Origin: Candidatus Doudnabacteria bacterium
Lineage (GTDB): Bacteria; Patescibacteriota; Doudnabacteria; UBA920
Assembly: GCA_020850635.1 (NCBI GenBank)
Contig: JADZEH010000004.1
Location: forward strand, 11,085 to 75,084
Direction of reading: 5' to 3'
DNA length: 64,000 nucleotides
A model generated the notes under the pieces. That model made no database searches. It saw nothing but the letters and a program-made list of their open reading frames with translations, and was not told the DNA's origin. The position numbers and the translations under genes were made by a program. This document shows positions 38,123 to 46,868 of this stretch, piece after piece (positions within the stretch are counted from its first letter, which is position 1; every line of letters begins with the position of its first letter).

Positions 38123-39469
38123 TTATCCAAAATACCACAACAGCGTCGCGAAGATTGCCACAAAGGAACCGTTCGCTACCAAATTTACATGTTGGATATG
38201 TCGATGAACCGCAATCGCGACAATTAATGAGACTAAGACGAGAGACACAAATACTAAATAAAATTTACTTTCGAATTGTTTGACGTCTAAAGTTCTTCCA
38301 AGAACAGATATTGTCGCTCCGGCAACTTCTGGTGCAGTACTATAATTTCCAACCAAGCTACTAGAAAAACTTGCTAAACGAACTGAACCAAGCTTACCAT
38401 CAAGTCCATACGCTTCAATCATCATAGAGTTGTTTTCTGAAGCAAGCTCAGATAACGGTATAGTCCCCTTCCAACTATAATCACTCACTGGATCAAGCAT
38501 GATCGCTTTTTGACCATACTGCACAATAACGCGACTTGCGTTGGGTGCCCAAGCTAATATCTCAACATTCGATCCATACACTGAAACTAATGTTGGAATT
38601 TCTGTTCCAGCAATCAGCGCAGAATTTTCTTGCTCGGGTGTGGCCACCGGAACTACTTCAGCAGGCCCAGCCTGAACCTCTGCTTGTGCCACTGGCTGAG
38701 CAGTTGGCTGAGCAGCGGGAGCTTGAGCTACTGTAGTTGGCGCTGGTTGTGGTGGAGCTTCTACTGCTGGTTCAACTTGAGTAGGAGTAGCTAAGGTTTG
38801 AATTGGTTGGTCAGAGCTAGCGCCAAACATCTGGACCACAAAAATACTGCTATGACCCTCAAATTGACCCTGAGCAATACCGATCCCAATTTCTTCAAAA
38901 TTTTCATTTAAAATATTAGCTCGATGTCCAGGACTGTTCATCCAAGCATCTTCCACGTTTTCAGCTTGTACAAAATCAACTGCCAAGTTTTCACCGGCAA
39001 TCACATACTTATAACCAGCGGCTTTGATGAAATCCCAAGGAGTTCGCCCATCTGGCGAATTATGAGCAAAATACTGATTAGCCAGCATGTCGTCTGCCTT
39101 AGCCTGTGCCGCTGCTCTTAATTGTGAGTTTTGGGTTACAGTCCCAATTCCATATTCAATACGGGATTCATTGGTTAAACTGATAATGTTTTCAGGAGTA
39201 ATCGCTGAGGAAAATGCTGGAGATACTGGTCCAAGACTTAAAAGTACAAGACCACCAATCTTTACCGTAACCAGCAACAACGAAAACAAAGCCACCGCCC
39301 GATGCCCAAGCATGTGAGGATGGTAGTTATTTCGATGATGCGGCACAAAATGGTCTTTAATATGACGACCAAATTGCTTGAACGATGGGAACATCTCCCC
39401 ATACGGTTCATATTGCACACTTCCAATAAAAGGAATTGCGATACTCATTTTTGTTTCTCGAACTTTCAC
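38123..39469 (-). CDS. CAP/SCP/PR-1-like domain protein with Pro/Ala/Gln-rich linker and C-terminal TM anchor
   Basis: CAP motifs YKYVIAGENLAVDF...WMNSPGHRANIL...IGIGI; linker PQPAPTTVAQAPAAQPTAQPVAQA; hydrophobic C-terminus. Confidence 0.75.
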   Translation of the reverse strand: MKVRETKMSIAIPFIGSVQYEPYGEMFPSFKQFGRHIKDHFVPHHRNNYHPHMLGHRAVALFSLLLVTVKIGGLVLLSLGPVSPAFSSAITPENIISLTNESRIEYGIGTVTQNSQLRAAAQAKADDMLANQYFAHNSPDGRTPWDFIKAAGYKYVIAGENLAVDFVQAENVEDAWMNSPGHRANILNENFEEIGIGIAQGQFEGHSSIFVVQMFGASSDQPIQTLATPTQVEPAVEAPPQPAPTTVAQAPAAQPTAQPVAQAEVQAGPAEVVPVATPEQENSALIAGTEIPTLVSVYGSNVEILAWAPNASRVIVQYGQKAIMLDPVSDYSWKGTIPLSELASENNSMMIEAYGLDGKLGSVRLASFSSSLVGNYSTAPEVAGATISVLGRTLDVKQFESKFYLVFVSLVLVSLIVAIAVHRHIQHVNLVANGSFVAIFATLLWYFG

Positions 39470-39624
39470 GTTTGCAGGATTTTATGCAAACGCTATTTGC
39501 TGGCAAGAAAAAAACTAGAGACAAGCTCTTCATTTCTTTCAACCAACTATATTTACTTGTATTTTTGTTTCACTTGTATCGATGAACTAATTTTGGCTCA
39601 TCAATATTCGTTAAATCTAAATTC

Positions 39625-39653
39625 ATTATAGCATAACTAGCGAAAAAAATCAA
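39625..39653 (-). promoter_or_regulatory. Promoter for CAP gene: TTGATT-N17-TGCTATAAT(GAAT) (minus strand)
   Basis: Reverse complement is TTGATTtttttcgctagttatgcTATAATgaat, about 150 nt upstream of the 39469 start and about 40 nt downstream of hairpin copy 2. Confidence 0.45.
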
Positions 39654-39690
39654 GACACACTTTATAAGTCTAGATTGTCTCTGAATAGAC

Positions 39691-39762
39691 AGAACAGGAA
39701 GATGTTGTTAAGAAAACCATCGGAGCGGAGCGACTGGTTTTAGTACAACGTCTTCCTGTTCT
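39691..39762. repeat. 72-nt hairpin element (copy 2, inverted relative to copy 1): outer stem AGAACAGGAAGATGTTGT/ACAACGTCTTCCTGTTCT around the same core
   Basis: Core 39701-39749 is the reverse complement of 29670-29718 (49/49 nt). The outer stem has a single T:G position. Confidence 0.6.
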
Positions 39763-39770
39763 AGAATATT

Positions 39771-39804
39771 CGAACAAAACAAAACTCCCCACCGAAGTGG
39801 GGAG
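39771..39804 (-). terminator. Rho-independent terminator of the RRM-protein gene (stem CTCCCCAC/GTGGGGAG, tetraloop, U-run)
   Basis: Minus-strand RNA reads CUCCCCACUUCGGUGGGGAG followed by UUUUGUUUUGUU, 30 nt past the stop codon. Confidence 0.6.
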
Positions 39805-39833
39805 CTAGTTTGATTTAAAACGAAAGTTCTAAA

Positions 39834-40145
39834 TTAGAAGTTATCGCGGCCACCCTGTGGGCGATCTGCCATTGGGCGAGCTTCGTTAACTAACAACTTA
39901 CGGCCACCGTATTCGGTACCGTTCAATTGTTCTACTGCGGCGTCTGCTTCAGCATCGTTATCGAATTCTACGAATCCGAAACCGCGGCTGCGGCCAGTCA
40001 TTTTGTCAGTGATGATGGTAGCTGTAGATACAGTACCAGATGCTGCAAACAACTGCTTAAGGTCGTCGCTCGTGGTTGCCCATGGAAGGCCACCAACGAA
40101 AAGTTTCTTTGCCATTTTACTAAGGCTTTCTCGTAAGCGCACCAT
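39834..40145 (-). CDS. RRM-type RNA-binding protein (glycine-rich RBP-like)
   Basis: RNP-2 LFVGGL and RNP-1 RGFGFVEF; 103 aa with RG/G-rich tail. Confidence 0.8.
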   Translation of the reverse strand: MVRLRESLSKMAKKLFVGGLPWATTSDDLKQLFAASGTVSTATIITDKMTGRSRGFGFVEFDNDAEADAAVEQLNGTEYGGRKLLVNEARPMADRPQGGRDNF

Positions 40146-40280
40146 CTAAACGCTTATCAAACTTATTAGATACTTTAAATCGCGCTTACTAGACTACAAA
40201 GCCTGAGTCTCGCTGACACTTAACGTAAGATAGTAAACGCATTATAGCACGTTAGCTGGTATTAATCAATGGCTCTATTA

Positions 40281-40309
40281 TTGACTTTTTGGTCATTATA
40301 TTGTACTAT
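40281..40309 (+). promoter_or_regulatory. Candidate promoter TTGACT-N17-TACTAT for the Nudix-like gene
   Basis: ttgactttttggtcattatattgTACTAT about 45 nt upstream of a TTG start, which is preceded by an AAGGGGG SD. Confidence 0.3.
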
Positions 40310-40355
40310 AACGAGTTCCCAGCAGTTCAAACCAGTTTAAAAGGGGGTATAGGCC

Positions 40356-40829
40356 TTGCCATATACATCAGCGTTTGCGCTTGTTAGAAATGGAGCAAGA
40401 GAAATCCTGCTCGTTCTTCGGGAAGATGGCCAGCGATGGACTCTTCCCGGTGGATCGCTTCTGAAAGGAGAGATCCCGCGCGTGGGAGTCACGCGAATCA
40501 CTCAACTGAAGACGGGAGTAGAAATCGCCGTCTCAAAGATGATCGGCGTCTTCGCTCACGTCGAGCACGAAGGGTTGTGCGTCGCCTACTTCGCCGACCC
40601 GATTGGCGGTACAATGCTCGACTCGATGCCACCCATGGTCTCGGACTACCGTTACTTCGATGTTCGTGAGATCGTGCAGATGGGAAGCGCGGTGTACAAC
40701 GCGCAACAACGAATCATCGTCGATGCGCTTCTCGCTCGCCGGCGCGGGATAGAATTCCCGCTCGAGGCACAATTCACGCTTCCCACCCGACAGGAGTGGG
40801 AGAATGTGATCACGGTTCTCAAGGCATAG
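40356..40829 (+). CDS. Nudix-fold protein with degenerate Nudix box (catalytic Glu positions replaced: ...GEIPRVGVTRITQLKTGV)
   Basis: GGSLLKGE-x7-R present but REx2EE is replaced by RITQLK. TTG start with strong SD. Visibly GC-richer than flanking DNA. Confidence 0.55.
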   Translation: MPYTSAFALVRNGAREILLVLREDGQRWTLPGGSLLKGEIPRVGVTRITQLKTGVEIAVSKMIGVFAHVEHEGLCVAYFADPIGGTMLDSMPPMVSDYRYFDVREIVQMGSAVYNAQQRIIVDALLARRRGIEFPLEAQFTLPTRQEWENVITVLKA

Positions 40830-40910
40830 AGCTCCCCACTCCATCACACGACGGGGCCATTCAGCATAAAGCCGCGCACCAAACGATTGGTGCGCGGCTC
40901 TTTCTTTATC

Positions 40911-41657
40911 TTATTCCAAAAATAACAACGAACCCATCAAGGCGATACCAACAACAAACCAAGCGAACTGAATTAGAGAACGACGCTTCCCTACTTCTTT
41001 ATGAAGTTCGGGAACTAAATCTGACAAAGCGATGTAAATAAAGCTGGCACCAGCAAAAGCCAATAAGAAAGTTGGTGGTTCTTCTAAATTTTGAGCAAAG
41101 ACTAAAACGATAACGGCACCGATTACCGAAGTTAATCCAGATAATAAGTTATACCATAAGGCTTTGGCCTTACTCCACCCACCGTGAATCAAAATCGCGT
41201 ACTGACCAATCTCTTGAGGAATTTCATGTAACACCACCGCGATGGTCGCCGCAATACCTAAAGTTGGACTAACTAAGAAACTGGCGGCAATTACAATACC
41301 ATCAATAAAGTTATGAAGAGAATCTCCAAACATGGTGAGATAAACCGAGCTGTGAACTCGTTCATCATGTTCATCACCGTGGGTGTGCTGCCAATGAATA
41401 AAGCGTTCTAAAATAAAGAACACGACAATTCCAAACAAAAAGTAAAGACCTTCGCGAGTTCCGAATTGCGTCTCTGCCATTTCAGGAATAACATGAATGA
41501 ACACATCACCCAGCAAAGCACCAGCCGAGAAACTGACTAAGTAGTAGAGGATACTTTTCAAGCGATCGTGATTTAGACCAAGTGTAATTATTCCCACTAA
41601 TGATACAGCACTAACTATCAGCACAGCTAACAAAGTATAAAGCCAAACTTCAGACAT
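40911..41657 (-). CDS. zupT: ZIP-family zinc/metal transporter (ZupT-like)
   Basis: HNFIDGIVIAASF...AVVLHEIPQEIGQYAIL signature; 8 TM. Confidence 0.8.
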   Translation of the reverse strand: MSEVWLYTLLAVLIVSAVSLVGIITLGLNHDRLKSILYYLVSFSAGALLGDVFIHVIPEMAETQFGTREGLYFLFGIVVFFILERFIHWQHTHGDEHDERVHSSVYLTMFGDSLHNFIDGIVIAASFLVSPTLGIAATIAVVLHEIPQEIGQYAILIHGGWSKAKALWYNLLSGLTSVIGAVIVLVFAQNLEEPPTFLLAFAGASFIYIALSDLVPELHKEVGKRRSLIQFAWFVVGIALMGSLLFLE

Positions 41658-41662
41658 AAGAG

Positions 41663-42160
41663 TTATTTAATGATAATGTATAAAGCCATAGCCGCCATGA
41701 GTAAATCTTCAGTCAAACTCACGGTGGTTAATGGCAGTTTAATATAAGTTCCGAGACAGGCACACTTGATTTTACTTCCGCGTAACAACTGACGACCAAC
41801 ACCAAGCGCTCCAATAAGCATAATCACAAGAGTCACCCAGTTAATACCAGCCGGCGCGTTACTTAAGTAGGCAATACCCAAACCAAGCTCAATAAACGGG
41901 TACAAATATGCATAAGCGGTGCTACGTTTTGCGATTAGATCATAACCAATGTACGAACTAACAAAGCCACGTAAATCTAAGAGTTTAAAGATAGCGAAGA
42001 CCACAAAGAACACGCCCATAAAAGCGGTCATAAAATTTACGGAACCAAAACTCGTATAGCCCCATGACAGCAAAAGAATAGCAATAATTACTAACGCGAA
42101 CTTGGCGTACTCTTTTGGTGTACCCTCTTGACTATGGTCCATGTTTTCGTGATCGTGCAT
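41663..42160 (-). CDS. Hypothetical 4-TM membrane protein in metal-homeostasis operon
   Basis: Hydrophobic helices and an N-terminal His/Asp-rich stretch (MHDHENMDHSQE); between a CsoR-family gene and zupT. Confidence 0.45.
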   Translation of the reverse strand: MHDHENMDHSQEGTPKEYAKFALVIIAILLLSWGYTSFGSVNFMTAFMGVFFVVFAIFKLLDLRGFVSSYIGYDLIAKRSTAYAYLYPFIELGLGIAYLSNAPAGINWVTLVIMLIGALGVGRQLLRGSKIKCACLGTYIKLPLTTVSLTEDLLMAAMALYIIIK

Positions 42161-42466
42161 TTATTTGTTGTTTAAAAAATAAATATCAAGCAACTCTTTA
42201 ATCTCTTTTTGCTTCTTGTTAGATTTCCAATCTTTGCTCACATGTTCTTGGAGATGATTCTCGAGCATCGATTGATTAAAGCTTTGGAGTGATTTCTGCA
42301 CAGCTAAAGACAAGCGGATAATATCAACGCAATATTTGTCATTAGTAACCATGCGTTCAAGTCCTTCAATCTGCCCTTGAATAATATGGAGCCTGGTCAC
42401 TGCTTTCTTCTGAGTCTGTGCAATCATGTTAATATGATATACCCCTAGGGGGTATATGTCAAACAA
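42161..42466 (-). CDS. CsoR/RcnR/FrmR-family metal-sensing transcriptional repressor
   Basis: VTRLHIIQGQIEGLERMVTNDKYCVDIIRL...LENHLQEH; Cys and His at the family's metal-ligand positions. Confidence 0.7.
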   Translation of the reverse strand: MFDIYPLGVYHINMIAQTQKKAVTRLHIIQGQIEGLERMVTNDKYCVDIIRLSLAVQKSLQSFNQSMLENHLQEHVSKDWKSNKKQKEIKELLDIYFLNNK

Positions 42467-42517
42467 AAAGAAAGGCGTGAGTTCACGCCTTAGTTACCAG
42501 CCACCACCAGGGTTCGG

Positions 42518-42793
42518 CTACTGCTCCGATTCGAATTCGCGGAGAAGCGAATCGAAGAGCAAACACTGCTTCGCGCGGTGAGAGATTTCGCCCAGCCGTC
42601 CTTGCGACTCAAGCTCGATGATTTGGTCGGGGTTAATTGCTTCCCGAAGTCTGTGACGAACCCCAGAGACAACACAATAGAAATCATCCCCTCCCATGGA
42701 TCGAGTGAGTTTGAGATCGACCCCAGGGATGAACTTGCCAAGAGCGATCTCAGCAGGCCCAACTACTCTTTCCGAAAAAACAGCAGAACTCAT
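42518..42793 (-). CDS. Hypothetical 91-aa protein (GC-rich, strong GGAGG SD)
   Basis: ATG at 42793 preceded by GGAGGTCGT. No recognisable family. Confidence 0.35.
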   Translation of the reverse strand: MSSAVFSERVVGPAEIALGKFIPGVDLKLTRSMGGDDFYCVVSGVRHRLREAINPDQIIELESQGRLGEISHRAKQCLLFDSLLREFESEQ

Positions 42794-42912
42794 ACGACCT
42801 CCGATTTCGAGAATGCAAATAGTGCGCCAACACCATCTGCCCGCGCAACAATCAGTTGGCGAAGATTTGAATATAGCAAAAAGTGAAACTTTTGTAAATT
42901 TTACATTATAGA

Positions 42913-42949
42913 TAAAAAAACTGCGGGACCCAACTAAATGAGTCCCGCA
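42913..42949 (-). terminator. Rho-independent terminator downstream of purL (stem TGCGGGAC/GTCCCGCA plus U-run)
   Basis: Minus RNA reads UGCGGGACUCAUUUAGUUGGGUCCCGCAG followed by UUUUUUU. Confidence 0.55.
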
Positions 42950-42974
42950 AGACAGAGACACCGCGAAGGTGCTC

Positions 42975-45900
42975 CTAGGTTTGGCACCAGGCAAACGCGT
43001 TCCGGAACATACGCAGCCAGGGGCCGTTTTCATGAGATCGCCAATCGTATGGTGACCAAGGCGACTGCCATGGCAAGAAGCATCGCTCCGGGTGCGGCAT
43101 CATGGCCAAGTGTCGACCATCAGCCGAACACAGAGCAGCGATACCTTGAGGACTCCCATTCGGATTGAACGGATAGTCGCAAGTGATGTCGCCGTCATGA
43201 TCAAGATACCGAATCGGAGCCAGGTAGCCCTGGATGATCCCCTGTAGAACCTCTGGCTGAGGAACATACAAGCGACCTTCACCATGCGCAACCCACACGC
43301 CCAACCGAGAACCCTCCATCCCTTGAAGGAAGATAGACGGACTAGGCAGAATTTCAACAGTAGAAAACCGCGACTCAAACCGTCCAGACTTGTTCGCAAT
43401 GAAACGCGGCTGTGAAGAGTCGGGAAGGTCCGCACCAGGGACCCGTCCGAGCAAAGCCATGAACTGGCAGCCGTTGCAGACACCGAGAGAAAACGTGTCG
43501 AGACGGGCGTAGAAACGATCGAACTGATCACGGACGTGGTCGTTGAATTTGACCATGCCCGCCCAGCCCTTACCCGCATCAAGCACATCACCAAACGAAA
43601 ACCCTCCCGGAAAAACGAGGCCAGAAAAATCTTCGAGACTGTAACCCTCGAGCAAATCGCTCATGGTCAAGTCGTAGACCTCGAAACCTACCATGTAAAG
43701 CACGGCAACCATTTCACGGTCACCGTTAGTTCCCGGAGCGCGCAACACCGCAACCTTCGGCCTTGGCCGAAGAGACACAATAACTGCCGAACGATCTGGA
43801 TCGAAAGTCAAACGTCGCGGCGGGTCACTGAGGAGGCTACGAACCGCTTCCCGTTCAGCTGCGACACACTCAGGGTTAGCCTGTAAAGCGTCAAGCTGGA
43901 AGCTCGTCTCTTCCCAGACCGCACGAAGCGCGGTCATGGTATTGTTGAGCACCGGGATGCTGTTGTGATAGATGGTCACCTCGTTGGTATCAACCGTCGT
44001 CGCCACGTAGTGAACCTTGAGACCGGCCTGCCGGAACCAATAGCTCACTGTGTTTGGGTCAGGTGTCTCGATCAGGAGTCCAACTTCTTCGTTAAACCAA
44101 GCTTCAATCGGATCATGAGCCGTTTTGAAATGGCCTATGAATCCAAAATTGCTGGCGAATGACATCTCAAGGAGAGCCGTGATCAAACCGCCATCACTGC
44201 GATCATGGACCGCCGTGATGAGACCTTCCCCGATCATGTCCTGCACACACTGGAACAGGAACTTCAGATCCTTCGCGCTTGTGACATCGGGAGCCTCATC
44301 GCCAAGCTGACCCAAACTCTGGGCCAGCGCCGAACCACCAAGACGACAAGCATCACCCAACTCAACGAGCAAAACCCCGTTGAGAGCACCCTTGAACTCG
44401 GGAGTGACTTTGGCCGTTACGTCGGCCATTGTCGCGTAACCCGCGATCACGAGTGTCCCTGGAGCCTTGCTCTTTTCCGACGTGCCATCAGGAGCGGTCA
44501 TTTTCGCGGCCATCGATGAACTGTCCTTACCACCGTCACCGGCGATACCGAGAGTCATCATAATGTCGCTCATGGCTTCCGCAGCCTGGTAAAGTCGAAC
44601 ACCCTCACCAGGTTCCTTCGCGGCCCACATCCAGTTCACCGAGCACTTGATGTGTTCGATATCAGTGATGCAAGCACCCGCCATGTTGAGAAGCATCTCT
44701 GCCACAGACATGCGAGCCATGGCCGCAGGATTGATGAGCCCAATAGTGGGACGTTCGCCGAGACTCATCGCCGTACCGACCGTGTCGAAATGGCTCTGAG
44801 CCATCACGGCATAGTCAGAAAGTGGCAAATGATTCGGTCCGACGCACTGTTGTTGGGCCACAAGCCCACCCACACTACGATCGAGTTTCGTCGTCAAGAA
44901 CCGTTTCGAACCAACCGCAGGTTGGCGAAGCACGCCATCGAGCGCCGATTCGAAAGTTAGATCAGACGGCAGCACAAGCGGAGTGAGATCGAGTGGAATG
45001 TCCTCGAACTCGAAGGTCTTGCGCGGAGGATTCCCGAACAGTTCCTTGAGTGGAAGATTGACCGGCGTCGAGTTGTCAGCACTGTCATGAACAATGAACA
45101 ACCCATCTCCGGTAACCTCGCCAACACAAACACACGGAGCACCTTCCCGTCGGGAAATTTCCTCAAGCAGGCCAAAGCTCTCGGAGTGAATCAGAAACGC
45201 GTTGCGCTCCTGAGATTCGTTACCAAGATACTCCAGAACCGAAAGAGAACTGTCTCCTAAAGGGATGGCGCGGAGCTGGATCTTCGCCCCCGCAGGGTCG
45301 ACTATTTCGGGAAGCGCGTTCGCGTCCCCTCCAGCACCGAGATCGTGAGCGGAAATGATCGGGTTGCGATCCAGAAGTTCGCAGCAAGCTCGAATCACTC
45401 GATTCACGCGGTTCTCCATTTCGGGATTACCACGTTGCACCGAATTGAAATCGAGCTCGACCGTATTCTCGCCATGAGTCATGGAACTTGCAGCTCCACC
45501 ACCTACACCGATCCGGTACGCAGGTCCACCAAGCTGTACGACAAGCATTTCAGCTTCGGGCGAACCCTTGCTGATGTGTTCGTCGACCATCTGGCCAAGA
45601 CCACACGTGTAAAGAATCGGTTTACGATAACTACGGAGGTCCTTGTCACCAACGCGAAGCTCGTACGTTCGCAGGGATCCGATGACCCCCGCCTCGCCGA
45701 AACAGTTCGCGTAATGGGAAGCTCCGTTGCTCCCCTCGATGAGAACATCGAGCGGAGTTGGTAGATTGGGCGTATCACGATAGCCATGATCAATCTCGCC
45801 GGGAATGGAATACCCAGGGATATTGAGCTGCCCAACGCAGTACATCAGACCACCAACACCCACGAGTCCACCGCGACCTACCACCTGGTTGTCGCGAATC

Positions 45901-46868
45901 CGACCACCAACACCGGTTGCCGCCCCTGGATAAGGAGCGATACGCGTCGGATGATTGTGGGTTTCAGCAGTCAATGTGGGATGCAGAACCACCGTAGAGA
46001 GGTTGAACGCACTGGAGCGTCCTGGACTCGTAGGAAGAAGCACCTCGACTTGGCCACCCATGATCGCCGAACTGTCGTCGCAGAAAGCGATGATGGAGTT
46101 GGAAGGGTGGTGAACCCACGGCGCCTTGACGATATGCATCAAGCTGTGTGGCAACGGCCGACCGTTAACCACATACAGACCTTTCCAGAAACCGTGTCGA
46201 CAGTGTTCGGAATTGGCCTGACCAATCTGGAACAACTCGACGTCAGTCGGGTTGCGTCCCAGAGTAATGAACAGCTCGTAGACAAAGATGAGATCAGCTT
46301 TGTCCATGGACAACCCGAGCTCAGCGTTGATTGCACAAAGGGCATCGATGCCCTCCTCGAGCAAACGCACGTACCTCACTGGAGCAGGATGGATGTGATG
46401 ATCGAACGACGTCAACGGAGATTCGTAAACCATCTCGGTCATACGATCCGCAAGAACAGACGCGAGCCCTTCGCGCTGCGATGAAGAAAGCGGTTGGTCA
46501 AAGAGATATCGAAGCGAAGCTTCGAGACGCTTGACCTCCGGCAGACCACACGCCGCACAGATCGCGACCGCTGTCGAACTCCACGCCGTCTCGAAGTTGA
46601 GCCGAGGCCCAATCTCGAGAATGCGAAGGTCCGAGAACCCTTGAAAGTTCGTCAGTGATCGCAAATTCCACGCTTCGAAAGTCTCGCGAAGAATCCAGCC
46701 CAACGAGAGGGCGTGATCGCCTTCAATAGGCTTGTCGTGACCGATGTTATAGCAGACCTCGATTTCCTGGAGCGACGACTCGTCGATTCCTGGAATGCGA
46801 GCTGCCGCGATCAGACGACCGATTGAAGCGCGGTCACCCAATCTTCGAAACAGCTTGGACAACTGCAT
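42975..46868 (-). CDS. purL: Phosphoribosylformylglycinamidine synthase, single-chain large form (PurL with fused C-terminal glutamine amidotransferase)
   Basis: About 1298 aa from the MQLSKLFRR start, which has an AGGAG SD; the track's upstream extension is ignored. The N-terminus aligns with E. coli PurL (PRLNFETAWSS...KRLE); AIR-synthase-like repeats; class I GATase SLGVCNGCQ; GC-rich. Confidence 0.9.
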   Translation of the reverse strand: MQLSKLFRRLGDRASIGRLIAAARIPGIDESSLQEIEVCYNIGHDKPIEGDHALSLGWILRETFEAWNLRSLTNFQGFSDLRILEIGPRLNFETAWSSTAVAICAACGLPEVKRLEASLRYLFDQPLSSSQREGLASVLADRMTEMVYESPLTSFDHHIHPAPVRYVRLLEEGIDALCAINAELGLSMDKADLIFVYELFITLGRNPTDVELFQIGQANSEHCRHGFWKGLYVVNGRPLPHSLMHIVKAPWVHHPSNSIIAFCDDSSAIMGGQVEVLLPTSPGRSSAFNLSTVVLHPTLTAETHNHPTRIAPYPGAATGVGGRIRDNQVVGRGGLVGVGGLMYCVGQLNIPGYSIPGEIDHGYRDTPNLPTPLDVLIEGSNGASHYANCFGEAGVIGSLRTYELRVGDKDLRSYRKPILYTCGLGQMVDEHISKGSPEAEMLVVQLGGPAYRIGVGGGAASSMTHGENTVELDFNSVQRGNPEMENRVNRVIRACCELLDRNPIISAHDLGAGGDANALPEIVDPAGAKIQLRAIPLGDSSLSVLEYLGNESQERNAFLIHSESFGLLEEISRREGAPCVCVGEVTGDGLFIVHDSADNSTPVNLPLKELFGNPPRKTFEFEDIPLDLTPLVLPSDLTFESALDGVLRQPAVGSKRFLTTKLDRSVGGLVAQQQCVGPNHLPLSDYAVMAQSHFDTVGTAMSLGERPTIGLINPAAMARMSVAEMLLNMAGACITDIEHIKCSVNWMWAAKEPGEGVRLYQAAEAMSDIMMTLGIAGDGGKDSSSMAAKMTAPDGTSEKSKAPGTLVIAGYATMADVTAKVTPEFKGALNGVLLVELGDACRLGGSALAQSLGQLGDEAPDVTSAKDLKFLFQCVQDMIGEGLITAVHDRSDGGLITALLEMSFASNFGFIGHFKTAHDPIEAWFNEEVGLLIETPDPNTVSYWFRQAGLKVHYVATTVDTNEVTIYHNSIPVLNNTMTALRAVWEETSFQLDALQANPECVAAEREAVRSLLSDPPRRLTFDPDRSAVIVSLRPRPKVAVLRAPGTNGDREMVAVLYMVGFEVYDLTMSDLLEGYSLEDFSGLVFPGGFSFGDVLDAGKGWAGMVKFNDHVRDQFDRFYARLDTFSLGVCNGCQFMALLGRVPGADLPDSSQPRFIANKSGRFESRFSTVEILPSPSIFLQGMEGSRLGVWVAHGEGRLYVPQPEVLQGIIQGYLAPIRYLDHDGDITCDYPFNPNGSPQGIAALCSADGRHLAMMPHPERCFLPWQSPWSPYDWRSHENGPWLRMFRNAFAWCQT

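Noticed and set aside
29657-39762. CRISPR array or MITE interpretation of the repeated hairpin
   Set aside because: Only two copies are seen and they are not tandemly spaced. The conserved centre with variable inverted ends is the opposite of a MITE, and no cas genes are present.
42518-43033. Possible PurS (small FGAM synthase subunit) downstream of purL
   Set aside because: The single-chain large PurL does not need PurS. The sequence (MSSAVFSERVVGPAEIAL...) does not match the PurS pattern, so it is kept only as a short hypothetical CDS from ATG 42793.
43100-46534. Many 60-230 aa ORFs on both strands inside purL (e.g. 43100-43594, 45786-46484, 44205-44519)
   Set aside because: They are antisense or out-of-frame within a well-supported, GC-rich gene. 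High GC suppresses stop codons, so such ORFs are expected by chance.
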